A DNA stretch of 64,000 bases from Tetramitus jugosus (GCA_937625935.1 OW569374.1:310001-374000), one strand, 5' to 3'; numbered from the stretch's first letter, positions 21,501-32,795 are shown. The notes: generated by a model not told the origin, from the letters alone. Made by a program: numbers and translations.

Positions 21501-21591
21501 GAGAGGAAGGAACAGAAAGGAGTGAACGGTAAGAGGGTCCCTTTGATAAAGGCAAGGCCAATGAACCTAGCTTTGTTGTCTGTCTCAGCAT
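18556..21591 (-). CDS. Long TPR-repeat protein with predicted mitochondrial presequence
   Basis: About 20 TPR-like units (AY..RG...A..D...AI). N-terminus is Arg/Ser/Leu-rich and acid-free, with RRHFS and RHYS cleavage-like motifs. Confidence 0.88.
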   Translation of the reverse strand: MLRQTTKLGSLALPLSKGPSYRSLLSVPSSLILNRRHFSQSTTTRKAFHQKQWLSHVCTHQSTMVDSVFNCSLISRHMTRHYSSQQQEQNNRQELSQKLYQALYCLNEGSSEYFYPDSAMLEIQNALSCIENGQFGRAFFHFHSAMIHSQNGIQISRIYNVSSHLIKHFVGSGDLLQVFHVNEWDRFGHDDISNIVNERGEVNVEQAAAMLAKYRIGIAESDGENEQVIDSGLRSLYRLFDDQSREYQKVRNIASVAVLLRGVLSRVQGSQSFAQKYYGQAMELLNDLVVAYVVRGESYIEDNMDSQGLSDLTRAVSLDAKNPLSFQRRGAILSRLNMPGAEADLQKSIELYDTDPTSYLIRGEVYASKENSFDLALADYNKAISLNNTNVEAYYERAMFLSKYEDRLAEAMSDINLIHSIDNEHVQAYYLRAAIEEKQQNYYSALKSIDQVIKYDPDFPLIYEFRGRVHHDRLNNIEAAEKDFRTAIAKNSVSFQTPVYLGKILSDSDAESAIQLFTQAIKLEPEDPIAYTLRAYLHLSNTEDGQAALEDYDQAIEIRKRHNMQIDPELLIYRASAYVKMEEYDTAINELENVKNMNLTQREKQLCLMHLGIAYGEKNMSEESLRYFDECIQVDPDNAGVYFSRGLIHRYNDNLQQSVEDITKAIQLKGNDFDPVYHFERGLSYLQLEDTQKAIKDFETAITLEHQFVEAYSQRANAFIQEERYREALLDLDKVIELDEEDTWALVRRAKVFIVLGQVEEAFEDFNQAIERNSEDPTFYLARAKAYAEAYQDVRKALVDVNKALMLDNHFSDAFLFRAKLYKNFLSDDKKALSDLNSAITSDADHSESYYERALILRDMGRNDEALDDLNTSINLTPDANSYAARAELLCSFKSDIEASLRDCERSLEYNSNNIEALNMKATILLLQKQQPENALQLLNQSLSAEPDQVTPYALRALIYSKHIPNTEAYNANYEELHNRVSDPEAVISSLTSTSSQEDDLAAQIAQYTKQ

Positions 21592-21710
21592 TGCTTGTGA
21601 AATGTTTTCTTCTTCTTGAGTCGGAAAATTAATTATTGTCGGAACGTAGTATTTTTACAACTGAAAAATAGAAAAGCTTTGAAGTTCAAATCAAACAAAC
21701 AGCAGAAAAA

Positions 21711-23303
21711 ATGAACGCGGACACGAACACAACTGCACCAACAACAGAAACAACAGCATCACCATCCTCGACAATGATTCCCAAGGAAGAAGAAGGAGAT
21801 TCGATGATGGACAACGAAAGCTCTCATGACCACCATGGTGCTAGTGCCTCATCAAGCAGTCAGAATCCATTTGATCGATCAAGTGTTCAGGTGTTTGATA
21901 AGAAGGATCATTTGGGACCGGATGGAAAACGATTGTGTTCCTTTGGAGGTGCCATCTGTACTCAGAGACCCATGAAAAATTATGATTTTTGTGTCAAGCA
22001 TATTCTGCAGGATCCTAGTGCACCATTCAAGCAATGTGACTATGTCGTATCGAAAAATTCAAACAAGTTGTGTGCCAATCCTGTCAAGATGACTTTGAAT
22101 CAAGACACTAGATACTGCAATGCACACAAGCAAATGTTAGGCTTGATACCCAAGGGCAGTGGTCAATACTCCAAAAAGAGAAAACAACAAATGGCATCAG
22201 AAAAGAAATCGAGTTCAAAACGATCCAGAAAACAAATGTTGATGGAGGATGGTAGTGTGAAGATGAGTATGGCAAGTGCAAGCATGGCTGATGATGATGA
22301 CAATAGTGAGACAGAGTCAGATGATGATAATTCTACTGAAGTGATGCCGATTGCTCCTCAACCCAAAAGAGGCAAAAAGAGAAGATTGCTAAACAGGAAG
22401 CAAATGATGACATTCCACGAAGACTACTTTCATTCGATTGAAGGAGACAGTGAAACAGATTCCGATGTACCAACAGATGAAGACAATTTTGAGAGTAGTA
22501 ACCTGAACCAGGGATCAGTGTCGATCAATAATAGTCGGTTCTCATCCATGAGACAAAGTCCGTTCTTTGCGCGACAGTTGATGCAAATGGCAGCTCAACA
22601 ACAGGCAAGTGGAGCCGGAGGAAACAATATTTTGAGCCAGATGCTGTCATCTGACTATGTCGAGAAACATTTGATGACAAAGGAAGAATACTTGAAAATG
22701 AGACGAGATCAGATCTCGAAGCTACTGCTAATATATCAGAGACAGCACTCGAAACTGAAAAGGAGCTTGAAGAGCAAGTACAAGCGATTTATTCTTCAAA
22801 AGGAGCAAATGTTAAACAATTTGTCAGTAGCGGGCAGGAATGAGAAATTAAATGTCAGATTGAAGTCTACGGAAACTACGCGTGCTCCCTCGAAGCCTCT
22901 ATTTGAGTATCCTGATGAAAATGCACAAATCTATACGTGCGAAAAGGTGGAAAAGGTGAACAATGAAGGCATACCACTCTGTTCGTACGCTCAATGTAAC
23001 AATAAGCGAATGCTATGCAGTGATTTCTGTTTCAGACATATCCTGTATGACCATAATCAAAGACTGTACAAGGCTGGATCTACAGGTGTGTCTGACCCTG
23101 TGCTATGTGCTGCACCATCGTCTGGCACCAAGAAGGAATCAACGACAGCAGACCGCAAGACAATTGCCATAATTTCCAAGGACGAACCACTGATACCATT
23201 TGATACAACGACGAACACCAACTTGAGTGATGAACAGACTCTGCTGGGTGAAATGATCAAGCAATACCAAGACCTGAAAGCCAACACACAAAAAACGTGT
23301 TAG
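21711..23303 (+). CDS. KANSL2: KANSL2/INO80D-like protein (two zf-C3Hc3H domains)
   Basis: CTQRPMKNYDFCVKHILQDPSAPFKQCDY...CANPV...RYCNAH and a second C..AQCNNKRMLCSDFCFRHILYD..QRLY. Basic NLS-like tracts. Confidence 0.8.
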   Translation: MNADTNTTAPTTETTASPSSTMIPKEEEGDSMMDNESSHDHHGASASSSSQNPFDRSSVQVFDKKDHLGPDGKRLCSFGGAICTQRPMKNYDFCVKHILQDPSAPFKQCDYVVSKNSNKLCANPVKMTLNQDTRYCNAHKQMLGLIPKGSGQYSKKRKQQMASEKKSSSKRSRKQMLMEDGSVKMSMASASMADDDDNSETESDDDNSTEVMPIAPQPKRGKKRRLLNRKQMMTFHEDYFHSIEGDSETDSDVPTDEDNFESSNLNQGSVSINNSRFSSMRQSPFFARQLMQMAAQQQASGAGGNNILSQMLSSDYVEKHLMTKEEYLKMRRDQISKLLLIYQRQHSKLKRSLKSKYKRFILQKEQMLNNLSVAGRNEKLNVRLKSTETTRAPSKPLFEYPDENAQIYTCEKVEKVNNEGIPLCSYAQCNNKRMLCSDFCFRHILYDHNQRLYKAGSTGVSDPVLCAAPSSGTKKESTTADRKTIAIISKDEPLIPFDTTTNTNLSDEQTLLGEMIKQYQDLKANTQKTC

Positions 23304-23514
23304 CCCACAACAACAATCAATCCCCACTCCCGAATATTCTTCGGTAAATATCTTTTACTCCGCTTACAATTTTGTGCAACCTTCAATGAATTTCTGACTG
23401 CCGACGTTTTTCACACAGCTTGAAACAAGTTCATTTTTGTCAAATCCGACTGCACACAACGCAAAAAGAAAGACAAACGCCCAACAACAACAAACAAAAA
23501 AAAAACACACAACC

Positions 23515-25518
23515 ATGACAAGAGGATTCACCGAAGACCAACAAGCAGAATACGCTCTCGACCAAAAACAAAAGGCAACCAAGGGCAAGAAAGGCCTCGG
23601 ATTCGCCTCTTCCAACACCAATAACAACAACAATAAGCAAACCACAACAACGACATCATCAGCCTACAGAGGATTTGTCAAATCATCCACACCAAGCAAG
23701 TTTGAAAAAGAGAACAAGGAACACTACAGCATTGAATCATCATCAAAGGACCATGACAAGTACCTCAATACACTTGTTTACAAATTTTTGATTAAAAATG
23801 GAAGAAGCAAAACAGCAAACACATTCAAATCCGAGTGTGGTCTCGAAGAAAATGATTTGAAGCGATTGGACCACATGAAGGCAGAGGATTTGAATTTGGT
23901 CAACATTGTTGATGTGTATGCAGAGGAGAAGGGTGTTGTCTATGAGTTTATGTCTCATCATGAAGAAGAAGCAGAAGCAGCAGACAAGAAGGAAGACAAG
24001 AAGAAGCAGGTTGATTCTTCAGACAGTGATAGTGACTCTGACTCGTCATCATCATCATCATCATCTGATAGTGATAGCTCTTCGGACAGTGACTCTGATT
24101 CGTCGTCTTCCTCCTCTGACAGTGATTCTTCTTCCGACAGTGACTCTGACTCTGATGAAGAAATGAGTAACGATAAGAAGAAGGCTACTGAAGAAAAGAA
24201 GGCTGTTGAGCCTGTGGTTGCTGAAAAGAAGACTCCTGCTGTTGTTGTTGCTGTTGCTGAACCAGAAAGCAAGAAGAACAAGAAGGCTGATAGTGACTCT
24301 GATAGTGATTCCGACAGTGATTCCGATTCGTCATCTTCATCCTCATCAGATAGTGATTCATCATCAGACAGTGACTCTGATAGTGACTCTTCCAGCGATA
24401 GCGACTCTGATTCAGCCAGTGATAGCGACTCTGATGAAGAAATGACTGAAGCAAAGAAACCTGCTGCTGCTGTTGTTGAAGAGAAGAAGAAGCCAGAAGA
24501 GGTGAAGAAGGTGGAGGAGAAGAAGAAGGTTGCAGCTGAATCATCTGACAGTGATAGCGACTCTGACTCTGATTCATCATCATCAAGCGACTCTGACAGT
24601 GATAGTGATTCTGATGAAGATATGGCTGAAGCAAAGAAGCCTGTTGTTGCTGCTGCTGTAGTTGAAGAGAAGAAACCAGAGGAGAAGAAGAAGCCAGAAG
24701 AAGCAAAGAAGGTTGCTGCTGATTCATCATCATCTGACTCTGATAGCGACAGTGATTCTGATTCCGATTCTGATTCTGATTCATCGTCGTCATCTTCCGA
24801 TAGCGATAGCTCTTCGGACTCTGACAGTGATTCTGACTCTGATTCCGATAGCGACAGTGATAGTGACTCTGATGTCGACATGGACAAGGACAGCAAGAAG
24901 AAGCCTTCTGCTGAAGCTGCTGTGGAAAAGGTTGCTGAGAAGGTTGCTGAAGTGTCCATTGCTGAATCCAAGACTGCTGTCGAAACAAAGAAGAAGGTCG
25001 AATCTGACTCTGATAGCGATTCTGATTCCGATAGCGACTCTGACTCCTCAAGCAGTGATAGCGATAGCTCTTCATCTGACTCTGATAGTGACAGCGACTC
25101 TGACTCTGATGGCTCCTCCTCATCAAGTGGTAGTGACAGCGATAGCTCTTCTTCTGATAGTGACAGCAAGAAGAGAAAGAGAGAAACCGAAAAGGTTGCT
25201 GAAGAAACCGAATCAACTGAGTCAACTGAAAAGCCAGTCACGAACACTTCTGAACCACCTTCAAAGAAGCCAAGAAACAATGTGCCATTCAAGAGAGTGA
25301 AGGAAGAAACTGTGACGTTCCTCGACGACAGATTGAAGGATAACGCTCCTGTTCCTGGATATTCTGATAGAGCACACGATATTCTAAAAGTAACGAGGGG
25401 AAAGTCATTTAGAACTGCTAAGAACAAGGCCAAGAAACAAACTGTATATAGAGGAGGTGCCATTGATGCCTATGCTGTCAACTCTATTAAGTTTGCAGTC
25501 AAACCAAAAGCTAATTAA
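23515..25518 (+). CDS. NOLC1: Nopp140/Srp40 nucleolar phosphoprotein (LisH + acidic Ser repeats + SRP40_C)
   Basis: Lis[25 protein letters not shown]; alternating SD and K/A/V/E blocks; C-terminal [47 protein letters not shown]. Confidence 0.92.
   Translation: MTRGFTEDQQAEYALDQKQKATKGKKGLGFASSNTNNNNNKQTTTTTSSAYRGFVKSSTPSKFEKENKEHYSIESSSKDHDKYLNTLVYKFLIKNGRSKTANTFKSECGLEENDLKRLDHMKAEDLNLVNIVDVYAEEKGVVYEFMSHHEEEAEAADKKEDKKKQVDSSDSDSDSDSSSSSSSSDSDSSSDSDSDSSSSSSDSDSSSDSDSDSDEEMSNDKKKATEEKKAVEPVVAEKKTPAVVVAVAEPESKKNKKADSDSDSDSDSDSDSSSSSSSDSDSSSDSDSDSDSSSDSDSDSASDSDSDEEMTEAKKPAAAVVEEKKKPEEVKKVEEKKKVAAESSDSDSDSDSDSSSSSDSDSDSDSDEDMAEAKKPVVAAAVVEEKKPEEKKKPEEAKKVAADSSSSDSDSDSDSDSDSDSDSSSSSSDSDSSSDSDSDSDSDSDSDSDSDSDVDMDKDSKKKPSAEAAVEKVAEKVAEVSIAESKTAVETKKKVESDSDSDSDSDSDSDSSSSDSDSSSSDSDSDSDSDSDGSSSSSGSDSDSSSSDSDSKKRKRETEKVAEETESTESTEKPVTNTSEPPSKKPRNNVPFKRVKEETVTFLDDRLKDNAPVPGYSDRAHDILKVTRGKSFRTAKNKAKKQTVYRGGAIDAYAVNSIKFAVKPKAN
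24013..25167 (+). repeat. Five coding Ser-Asp (TCTGAC/AGTGAT-type) repeat blocks separated by Lys/Ala/Glu spacers
   Basis: Seen directly. Synonymous-codon diversified hexamer repeats within the Nopp140 CDS. Confidence 0.9.
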
Positions 25519-25527
25519 ATGATGATC

Positions 25528-27224
25528 TCAAACCAAGAATCTCTGTTTTAATCTGTTCTGTAATTCTTGAGAGTCCGTGTGCGCAGGGTAAAGATCCTTC
25601 AATACTTTGCTCACTCCAACAAACGCCTCTTGGTGGTTGCCCATTTTGTATGATAGAAGTGCAGAGTTAAATAGTGGTTCATGTAAGAATGGACCGAGCT
25701 TAATGGCAGTATCAAAATTGCTCTTTGCCTCTTCAATATTCTCTTGTCGAAGCTCCAACACTCCTAAATTATTGTAAGATTCAGCATGATTTCCTTCAAT
25801 ACTTATAGCTACTTTGAATGACTGATAAGCTAGACTTAGATCACCAATACCAACAGCAACTTGTGCAATATTGTACCAAACATCCGCCATGTTCGAGTCA
25901 TCCGCTAAGGAAAGAGCTCTCTCGAAACAATTCAATGTCATATCATATTGAGATGAATAGAAACAACATAAAGCTAAATTATTCCATATTTCGGTATTGT
26001 TCACTCCCATCTGGACCAATCTTCGATAAAGTCTCAGGGCAACCTCTGGTTGATCTTCGTAAAAGTAATTAGAGGCCATACACGCGATCGATTCAATATT
26101 AGCACTATCAAGTTCTAACACCTTTTCGTAGTAGGTAATACACCTCTCAATGTCGCCAAGTTGATCATAAACTCTTGCCTGTCCTAGAATCAAATGGGTA
26201 TCTGCGGGGTGATTAATACAAGCTTTGGTGTATGTTTCAAGAGCGGTATTGGGTTGATCCAACTTGATGTACACTTTCGCCAACTCCAAATATGTGACAA
26301 CCATATCAGCCATTGCTAGGGAACTCTTGAATTGCTTCTCTGCATCTCTGTACAAACCCAATTGATAGTAACACTTTCCTAATCTCGATTTCCACCACCA
26401 ATCTTTAAATCTGAATGAAAGGGAAGTTAGATACGTGTTTTGTAGCCCAAAGATATTGAAAATCGCTACTTACTCCTCTTCCACCGTTGCAAAAGCAGTT
26501 AACTCTAATGTTTTCTTCGGATTATGCTCACAGTACAATAAGTAGTCACAGAGAGCTTTACCGAGAGCTGGTCTGGACGCATACTTCTTTAAATCAATTT
26601 GATCTGCATTAATAAATGGACCACCATCTTCAGAGTGCATTGATGCTGTTCCTAGTCGAACATATCTACCTGAGGATGTAACTGGTCTTGAAGTACCCGG
26701 CCGAGAACCCTGAAAAGCAGACTCCACTGACATTGACCCCGTTGTGGGTCTACCACCGGTTCCAGGCCGGGCAAAGCCAGTGATTGGTCTTCCGTCTCTT
26801 GTTGAAGGCCTCATTGCTTGATTGGCTGTATGAGCCCCTGTCATCGGTCTCTTCAAAGAAGTTCCAGGTCTTGGTGCTGACGCCATTGAGTTTTCATCCA
26901 TTAACAGCTCTGCAACTCCTTCGTCTTCCATCTCCGTATCATCTATCCAATCCTTGGCTGTGAGAGTTTTCACTTTTAACAACCACATTGCCTATTCTAA
27001 CCATTAATAAAATAATCTGTTGAGATGGTGGGAAAATAGTGAGACACTACCTTATCTTGCCAATTGATGGACAGAAGTCGAGTGGTAAGATCAAGGGTCT
27101 CATCAAATCGTCTTCTCTTATATCTACTGTATGCCAACAACGCTGGATCCATCTCTATCTCACTGTTAGGCTGAAGAACTCCAGTCGGGTATTGGTTGTA
27201 GTCATTTGTTTGATTGTTTTCCAT
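25528..27224 (-). CDS. TTC8: BBSome subunit BBS8/TTC8, 3 exons (27224-27051, 26991-26474, 26410-25528)
   Basis: PRPGTSLKRP, GRPITGFARPGT, RLGTASM, FKDWWWKSRLGKCYYQLG (restored by splicing) and TPRs. Introns 27050-26992 and 26473-26411. Confidence 0.97.
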
Positions 27225-27284
27225 TTTCTATGGTTTGTTCCTGTAAATAATCGGAGAAACGAAGCTCTTGAGGAATGGTAGACT

Positions 27285-28343
27285 TTATTGCCTATCGTCG
27301 AATGAGGACTCGTCAGAGTCAGATGAGTATGACGAGTATGAGTTGGAACCTAGCGTGATATCATCCACTGATGGCGAGGTCAAGATAGATCGATTAATGT
27401 CGAACCATCTCTTTACAAAGATCATCCATCTTTGCTTCTCTTCTTCATTGGTTGCACTAAAGTAAAAGGTTCTGTCTTTAGTCACCAATTTGAATGTGAA
27501 CGCTTTTCCTTGTGAAATATCAGGCTTAACTTCTATTGCTTTTTCTTTCGATAAGTCTACAGTGTTCAGAGGCTTCTTATCCTCGTATGCTCCATAATAG
27601 CTGAATGTCAAATCTTCACGGAACACAAACCATCTCCTCTTCCAATTCTTTACAGCTTTTCCTTGCTTCAGCAAGTATCCTGCTTGAGAGCGGAGTGACT
27701 CTGAGGTTTCCTTCACGAGAGTCTGATTCTTCTCTTTCCATTGTTCAATTTCCTCGTACCAGATATCTTGATTAACCTGCACTAATTTCATAATTTCAGA
27801 TATGGATGATGTTGTTTGTTGACCAACCTGTTGGGACATGGTTTCAAACGACTTCTTAACATCTTTAGCTTCTTGATTTATAGCTTTCACCTTGGAGTAG
27901 ATGGTTCGAATGATCGTTTCACATCTGTGTTTTGAATTTTGTCATCAAGTTTAGTTCTAAGCGATCTGAATGGTTATCAAATTGAATTCTTACCTATTCA
28001 ATTTGTCTTTGTTTCTATCATCTTGCTGTTTTTCCTCTGCTACCGCTTCCTTTACGTTTCTTGCTTCCTTGTTCTTCTGTTCTTTCATCAGAAGATCAAT
28101 ATGATCTTTCATTGAGCATACCATCTATCATAATCATGTGAGAACGTGATCTCTTCCCAACTTTGAGAGACTGGTGAAACACATACCGCATAATAGTTTT
28201 CATTCTCATCTCTGAGTTTTTGGTTTTCTTCAATCAAAACCCTTATCAGATCTTCATTAAATACCAGTTAGAGCTAAGATCTCAATCTCATGTATTAGTC
28301 AGAAATTACCTTTTGCTTTGATTTCTTCAACCGTTCTCGACAT
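27285..28343 (-). CDS. Coiled-coil + PH-domain protein, 4 exons
   Basis: PH motifs GYLLKQGKAVKNWKRRWFVF and RTFYFSATNEEEKQRW. Introns 28309-28252, 28186-28125 and 27993-27925 give an open frame from ATG 28343 (MSRTVEEIKAKDLIRVLIEEN). Confidence 0.88.
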
Positions 28344-28724
28344 TGCTTTGTTTCTGTAGTTTGTGTCCCTCGGAGAAATATATGCCACAAACAGGTCATC
28401 GAGCCGAGAGCACCACAATCGAAATTCATGTCAGAATTCATCCTGTTCTGACGATGAATGTATGATGCACAAGCATATGCATTAATCAAGAAGCATGAAC
28501 CATGTCAGCTTTCCTCGCCACATGTTCTGAACTTACAATTTTTTTTAATTCTCCATTTTCTCCTCGAATAAATAGCTCGCTAGCTAAAATCTTCCTGTTG
28601 ATTTGGTTTGTTGGGCAAGTGACATTGTTCTTCTTGTTGATATTACCAGCCCAAAAAACACGTTACACTCAATCCAAACCCTTTGACCTGTACTATAATC
28701 ATTACCCGATTTCACCTAGACACG

Positions 28725-30113
28725 ATGCATCACCACACACAACAAGACTTGAGAAGAATTCAAATCCTTTCTCAACACATTCAACCAACACCACTTTACA
28801 ACCAAGATTCCTCCCAACAACAACCACAAATCACATCAAACTTCACATCAAGCTTACAAAACAACCAACAAACAAACAACAGAATGAGCAGCAACAACCA
28901 ATCCATTTTCGGTGTGATCCCAGTAGCTCCAAGAGACCCTATCCTTGGCTTGACCCTCGCATTCAAAGAAGACCCTTCACCAAACAAGATCAATGTCGGT
29001 GTCGGTGCCTACCGTACCAACGAAGGCAAACCACTCGTCTTGCGTGTTGTTCGTAAAGTTGAACAAATGCTGTTGGATCAAAAACTGGACAAGGAATATA
29101 TTCCACAGGACGGTTTGGCTGCGTTCAATGAACACTCACCAAAGCTCTTGTTGGGCAATGATAGCAGAGCAATCCGTGAGAAGCGTGTTGCTTGTTGTCA
29201 GACCATTTCAGGCACTGGTGCACTGAGAGTGGCCACTGAGTTTATCAAGGACTTTTTGCCAAGTGGAACCACTGTTTATGTGCCTAATCCAACATGGGGC
29301 AACCATTTCAAGATCTTGGCAAAGGTTGGTGTTCCTCACGGTAGCTATCGTTATTTGAATAAGGCTAAGCTATCGTTGGACTTGGAGGGATTGTTGAGCG
29401 ATATGGAGAATGCTGCTGATGGAAGCGTCTTTTTGTTGCATGTCTGTGCTCATAATCCAACAGGTGTGGATCCAACATTGGATGAATGGAGACAAATTGC
29501 AGCAGTCATGAAGAGAAAGAGACATTTCCCATTCTTTGATTGTGCCTATCAAGGATTTGCCAGTGGTGACTTGGATCGTGATGCTGCCAGTGTAAGATTA
29601 TTTGTTGAAGAGTTCAACATGGAAGTGTTTGCTTGTCAATCCTATGCTAAGAACTTTGGATTGTATGGTGAGCGTATTGGTGCTCTTGTGTTTGTCTGTA
29701 ATCAACCACAGACTGCTGATGCTATCCTGTCTCAATTGAAGTCCATTGTCAGAGCAAACTATAGCTCTCCTCCATTGCAAGGTGCAAGAATCGTAGCTAC
29801 CACATTGGCTGATCCTCAACTCTTCCAACTATGGAAGGAAGATCTTGTTGAAATGGCTGAAAGAATCAAGGAGATGAGACAGTGCTTGTACGATGCATTG
29901 AAGAAGAGAGGAACACCTGGTCAATGGGAACACATTATCAACCAGATTGGCATGTTCTCATACACTGGACTCAACGAGAAGCAAGTTGAAAGAATGACCA
30001 AAACACATCATATTTATATGACAAGCGATGGAAGAATTAGCATGAGTGGACTGAATCATCACAATTTGGAACCATTTGCTAATGCTCTCGATGAAACAGT
30101 GCGTCATGCATAA
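28725..30113 (+). CDS. GOT1: Aspartate aminotransferase; long form from ATG 28725 with PTS2-like peptide, short form from ATG 28884
   Basis: DPILGL, GVGAYR, SGTGALR, HNPTG, FFDCAYQGFASG, SYAKNFGLYGER (PLP Lys), GRIS. Confidence 0.97.
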   Translation: MHHHTQQDLRRIQILSQHIQPTPLYNQDSSQQQPQITSNFTSSLQNNQQTNNRMSSNNQSIFGVIPVAPRDPILGLTLAFKEDPSPNKINVGVGAYRTNEGKPLVLRVVRKVEQMLLDQKLDKEYIPQDGLAAFNEHSPKLLLGNDSRAIREKRVACCQTISGTGALRVATEFIKDFLPSGTTVYVPNPTWGNHFKILAKVGVPHGSYRYLNKAKLSLDLEGLLSDMENAADGSVFLLHVCAHNPTGVDPTLDEWRQIAAVMKRKRHFPFFDCAYQGFASGDLDRDAASVRLFVEEFNMEVFACQSYAKNFGLYGERIGALVFVCNQPQTADAILSQLKSIVRANYSSPPLQGARIVATTLADPQLFQLWKEDLVEMAERIKEMRQCLYDALKKRGTPGQWEHIINQIGMFSYTGLNEKQVERMTKTHHIYMTSDGRISMSGLNHHNLEPFANALDETVRHA

Positions 30114-30267
30114 ATTCGTAAAAACCCATTGTAAATTGAAAATAATTTCCCTATTCGATTTTTGGCGCGACCTTGGAATACATGAATAAGCTTATTCACC
30201 CAAAGAACAACATTTGATAAAGGACAACCGTTGAAATCGCAAATTTAACTCATATCACAGTCATTGA

Positions 30268-30540
30268 TTACCTCTTCTTTTGCAAAGCTTTCATTTCTTC
30301 TTCACTTCTCCTTCTGTTGTCCTTAATTTCCTGTTGAGTCTCCCGAGCCTTACAATTCGCATAAACTTCCATAAATCTCTCACAACCATAGAGACCTCTC
30401 TTCTTCAGAACGCACTCTTGCAAGTTGTCTTCTTCTTTGAGGCATAATTTTGTTTTGTATCGATTAGTAGCAATGAAGCCTTCTTCTTCGATTTCCACAT
30501 CATCTACTTCCTGCTGTTGTTGTTGTTGATTCTTGCTCAT
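30268..30540 (-). CDS. Twin CX9C (CHCH) mitochondrial intermembrane-space protein
   Basis: C-LKEEDNLQE-C ... C-ERFMEVYAN-C with exact CX9C spacing. 90 aa from ATG 30540. Confidence 0.8.
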   Translation of the reverse strand: MSKNQQQQQQEVDDVEIEEEGFIATNRYKTKLCLKEEDNLQECVLKKRGLYGCERFMEVYANCKARETQQEIKDNRRRSEEEMKALQKKR

Positions 30541-30771
30541 TCTTCTCTGTGTTGATAAAGTTGTTTTTTTTTGATCCAGCTGGAGGTGATTTGCTGGCCA
30601 TTGAGCTTCAGCCGATTCTTTGAACAATTCCAATTCACAATCGCACCGTGTTGTGTTAAAAAAATTCTGTGTGCCCACAAATTAAACAAACAACAAAACA
30701 AACCAACAAACCACAACAACTCGCTCCTCCAACCACCAACCAACCACCTCAACTCAACTCAATCCAAACCG

Positions 30772-32784
30772 ATGAAGAGAACCAGACAAGAATTAGAAGA
30801 GGGAGCACAACAACAACAAGAAGAAGAAGACACTACTACAACAATCACAACAACAACAACAACTGAAGAACAAGAACAACAACCAGCATCATCATCAGAG
30901 TCATCAGAACAATCATCAACAAGTGAAAACAACAACCAACCACCAAAAATGAATCGCATGTGTGTCTGTGTGCGTCAATTCGGAAAACGTCTCACCAAAA
31001 AACAAACCAAAAACACATTGGACAAAATTTCACTCAACGGACTAGTGAAATTTGAAAAACCGTTCAACAAGGATTCCATCTACCTCCATTTTGATTCATC
31101 AGACAATGAACAAGATGCCATTAAGCGTCTCATTCAATTCAATCAAAAATACAAGGTTTCTCTTCAAAAAGCAAAGGACATGTCAGAGGATCAACAGAGA
31201 GAAGAACATGCAAAGAGAGTTAAGCTTGCGATTGATCAATCTCAACAAAAGTCAATTACGGAAACGGTGACTCCATTGGGTCATTTGACGTATGATGAAC
31301 AGTTGAAATTAAAGGAGAATGAGGTGTTGGATCTGATGAAGGAACGATTTGTGGCACCATTGTTGAAAGAGTGGAGAGAAAAGGCAAAGCAAGAATCGTT
31401 TGCTGATTTTACTCACAAAACCGAAGCGAGTGCTGTAAATGGTGATGAAAGCGGCGGCGGCGAATTGTTGCCAGAATTTTTGAGAGATTATTTGACTCAT
31501 CAAACAAAGGTTTGTTTCGATTGGAAGGGCATTGAACAATCACCAGTGATTGACGGTTATAGAAACAATTGTGAGTTTACAGTGGGTGTGGACACGAATG
31601 GTGATGCATGTGTCGGTTTCTTGCAAGGTTCATTCAATCAAGGATATCACACAACTGCTAGTCCAAAAGATTGCAAACACATTTCTGATTTGAGTAAGAA
31701 TGTGGTGCTCATTATGCAAGAGTTTGTTGATAAGTGTGTCAAGAGAGATTTGGAGGTGAATGGTCCTATTCAGGAAGATGAGGCCGCACCAGACAATGGC
31801 AATGTGGCTGCTGCTGAAGCAGTGTTGTTGACTCGTATGAACAAGGTTCGATCTCGTTTTGATCCATATGACAAGCCAACACACAAGGGATTCTTCAGAA
31901 TGATCAAGGTTCGTGAGAATAGAAACGGACAAGTCATGATTCTGTCTCAGGTGAATCCATCTGGTTTGTCAGATGACCAGATTGCACAGTACAAGAAGGA
32001 TTTGTTGGAGCATTTCTTGTCTTATGACAAGAAGAATGAGGCATCAAAGGATAAACCATTCCAAATTGATGTTGTTTCCCTGTGGGTGCAACTCTATGAG
32101 GGTTGGAGCAATGCTGCACCAGCCGATAATCCAATGGAGAAGCTCTATGGTGATGACGTGATGATCGAGGAGATTTTTGGATTGAAATTCCAAATTTCTC
32201 CATTGAGTTTCTTCCAAGTGAATACCAAGGGTGCTGAACACTTGTATTCTATTGCAGGTGAATGGGCTCAAATCCCTGGTGACAGAAAGCCTGTCTTGCT
32301 GGATGTTTGCTGCGGTACTGGTACAATTGGTATGTCATTGGCTCACAAGGTCGAAAAGGTGATTGGATTGGAGATTAGTGAATCTGCTGTGGCAGATGCT
32401 AAGAAGAATGCAACACTGAACAACATTACAAACATTGACTTTGTGTGTGGTAAGGCTGAAGATACTTTGGGTCCTCAAATTGCCAAGCACATTTCAGCTG
32501 GTACAGAGACCATTGCCATCGTGGATCCACCAAGAGGTGGTCTTCATAGCAAGGTGCTCAGAGCTCTGTTGAAGTGCAAGGCAATTGATCGTTTGGTTTA
32601 CATCAGTTGTAATCCAAAGACTCTGGCCGACAATGCAGTCTTGCTTTGCAAGCCGCCATCCAAGGCAACCGACCGTGCTACTCCTTTCAAGCCTGTCAAG
32701 GGAGTTGCAGTTGACATGTTCCCTCATACAAACCATTGTGAAATGATTATGTTGTTTGAAAGATCAAAGGAATCCCGGTTATAA
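30772..32784 (+). CDS. TRMT2A: tRNA (uracil-54, C5)-methyltransferase TRMT2A/Trm2
   Basis: YRNNCEF, SFFQVN, LLDVCCGTGTIG, VDPPRGGL, YISCNP, VDMFPHTNHCE; RRM-like N-terminal region. Confidence 0.93.
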   Translation: MKRTRQELEEGAQQQQEEEDTTTTITTTTTTEEQEQQPASSSESSEQSSTSENNNQPPKMNRMCVCVRQFGKRLTKKQTKNTLDKISLNGLVKFEKPFNKDSIYLHFDSSDNEQDAIKRLIQFNQKYKVSLQKAKDMSEDQQREEHAKRVKLAIDQSQQKSITETVTPLGHLTYDEQLKLKENEVLDLMKERFVAPLLKEWREKAKQESFADFTHKTEASAVNGDESGGGELLPEFLRDYLTHQTKVCFDWKGIEQSPVIDGYRNNCEFTVGVDTNGDACVGFLQGSFNQGYHTTASPKDCKHISDLSKNVVLIMQEFVDKCVKRDLEVNGPIQEDEAAPDNGNVAAAEAVLLTRMNKVRSRFDPYDKPTHKGFFRMIKVRENRNGQVMILSQVNPSGLSDDQIAQYKKDLLEHFLSYDKKNEASKDKPFQIDVVSLWVQLYEGWSNAAPADNPMEKLYGDDVMIEEIFGLKFQISPLSFFQVNTKGAEHLYSIAGEWAQIPGDRKPVLLDVCCGTGTIGMSLAHKVEKVIGLEISESAVADAKKNATLNNITNIDFVCGKAEDTLGPQIAKHISAGTETIAIVDPPRGGLHSKVLRALLKCKAIDRLVYISCNPKTLADNAVLLCKPPSKATDRATPFKPVKGVAVDMFPHTNHCEMIMLFERSKESRL

Positions 32785-32795
32785 ACTTGCACAGT

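Noticed and set aside
23958-25463. 501-aa and 346-aa antisense ORFs over Nopp140
   Set aside because: Shadows of the Ser-Asp codon repeats, which lack stops on the opposite strand; no independent motifs.
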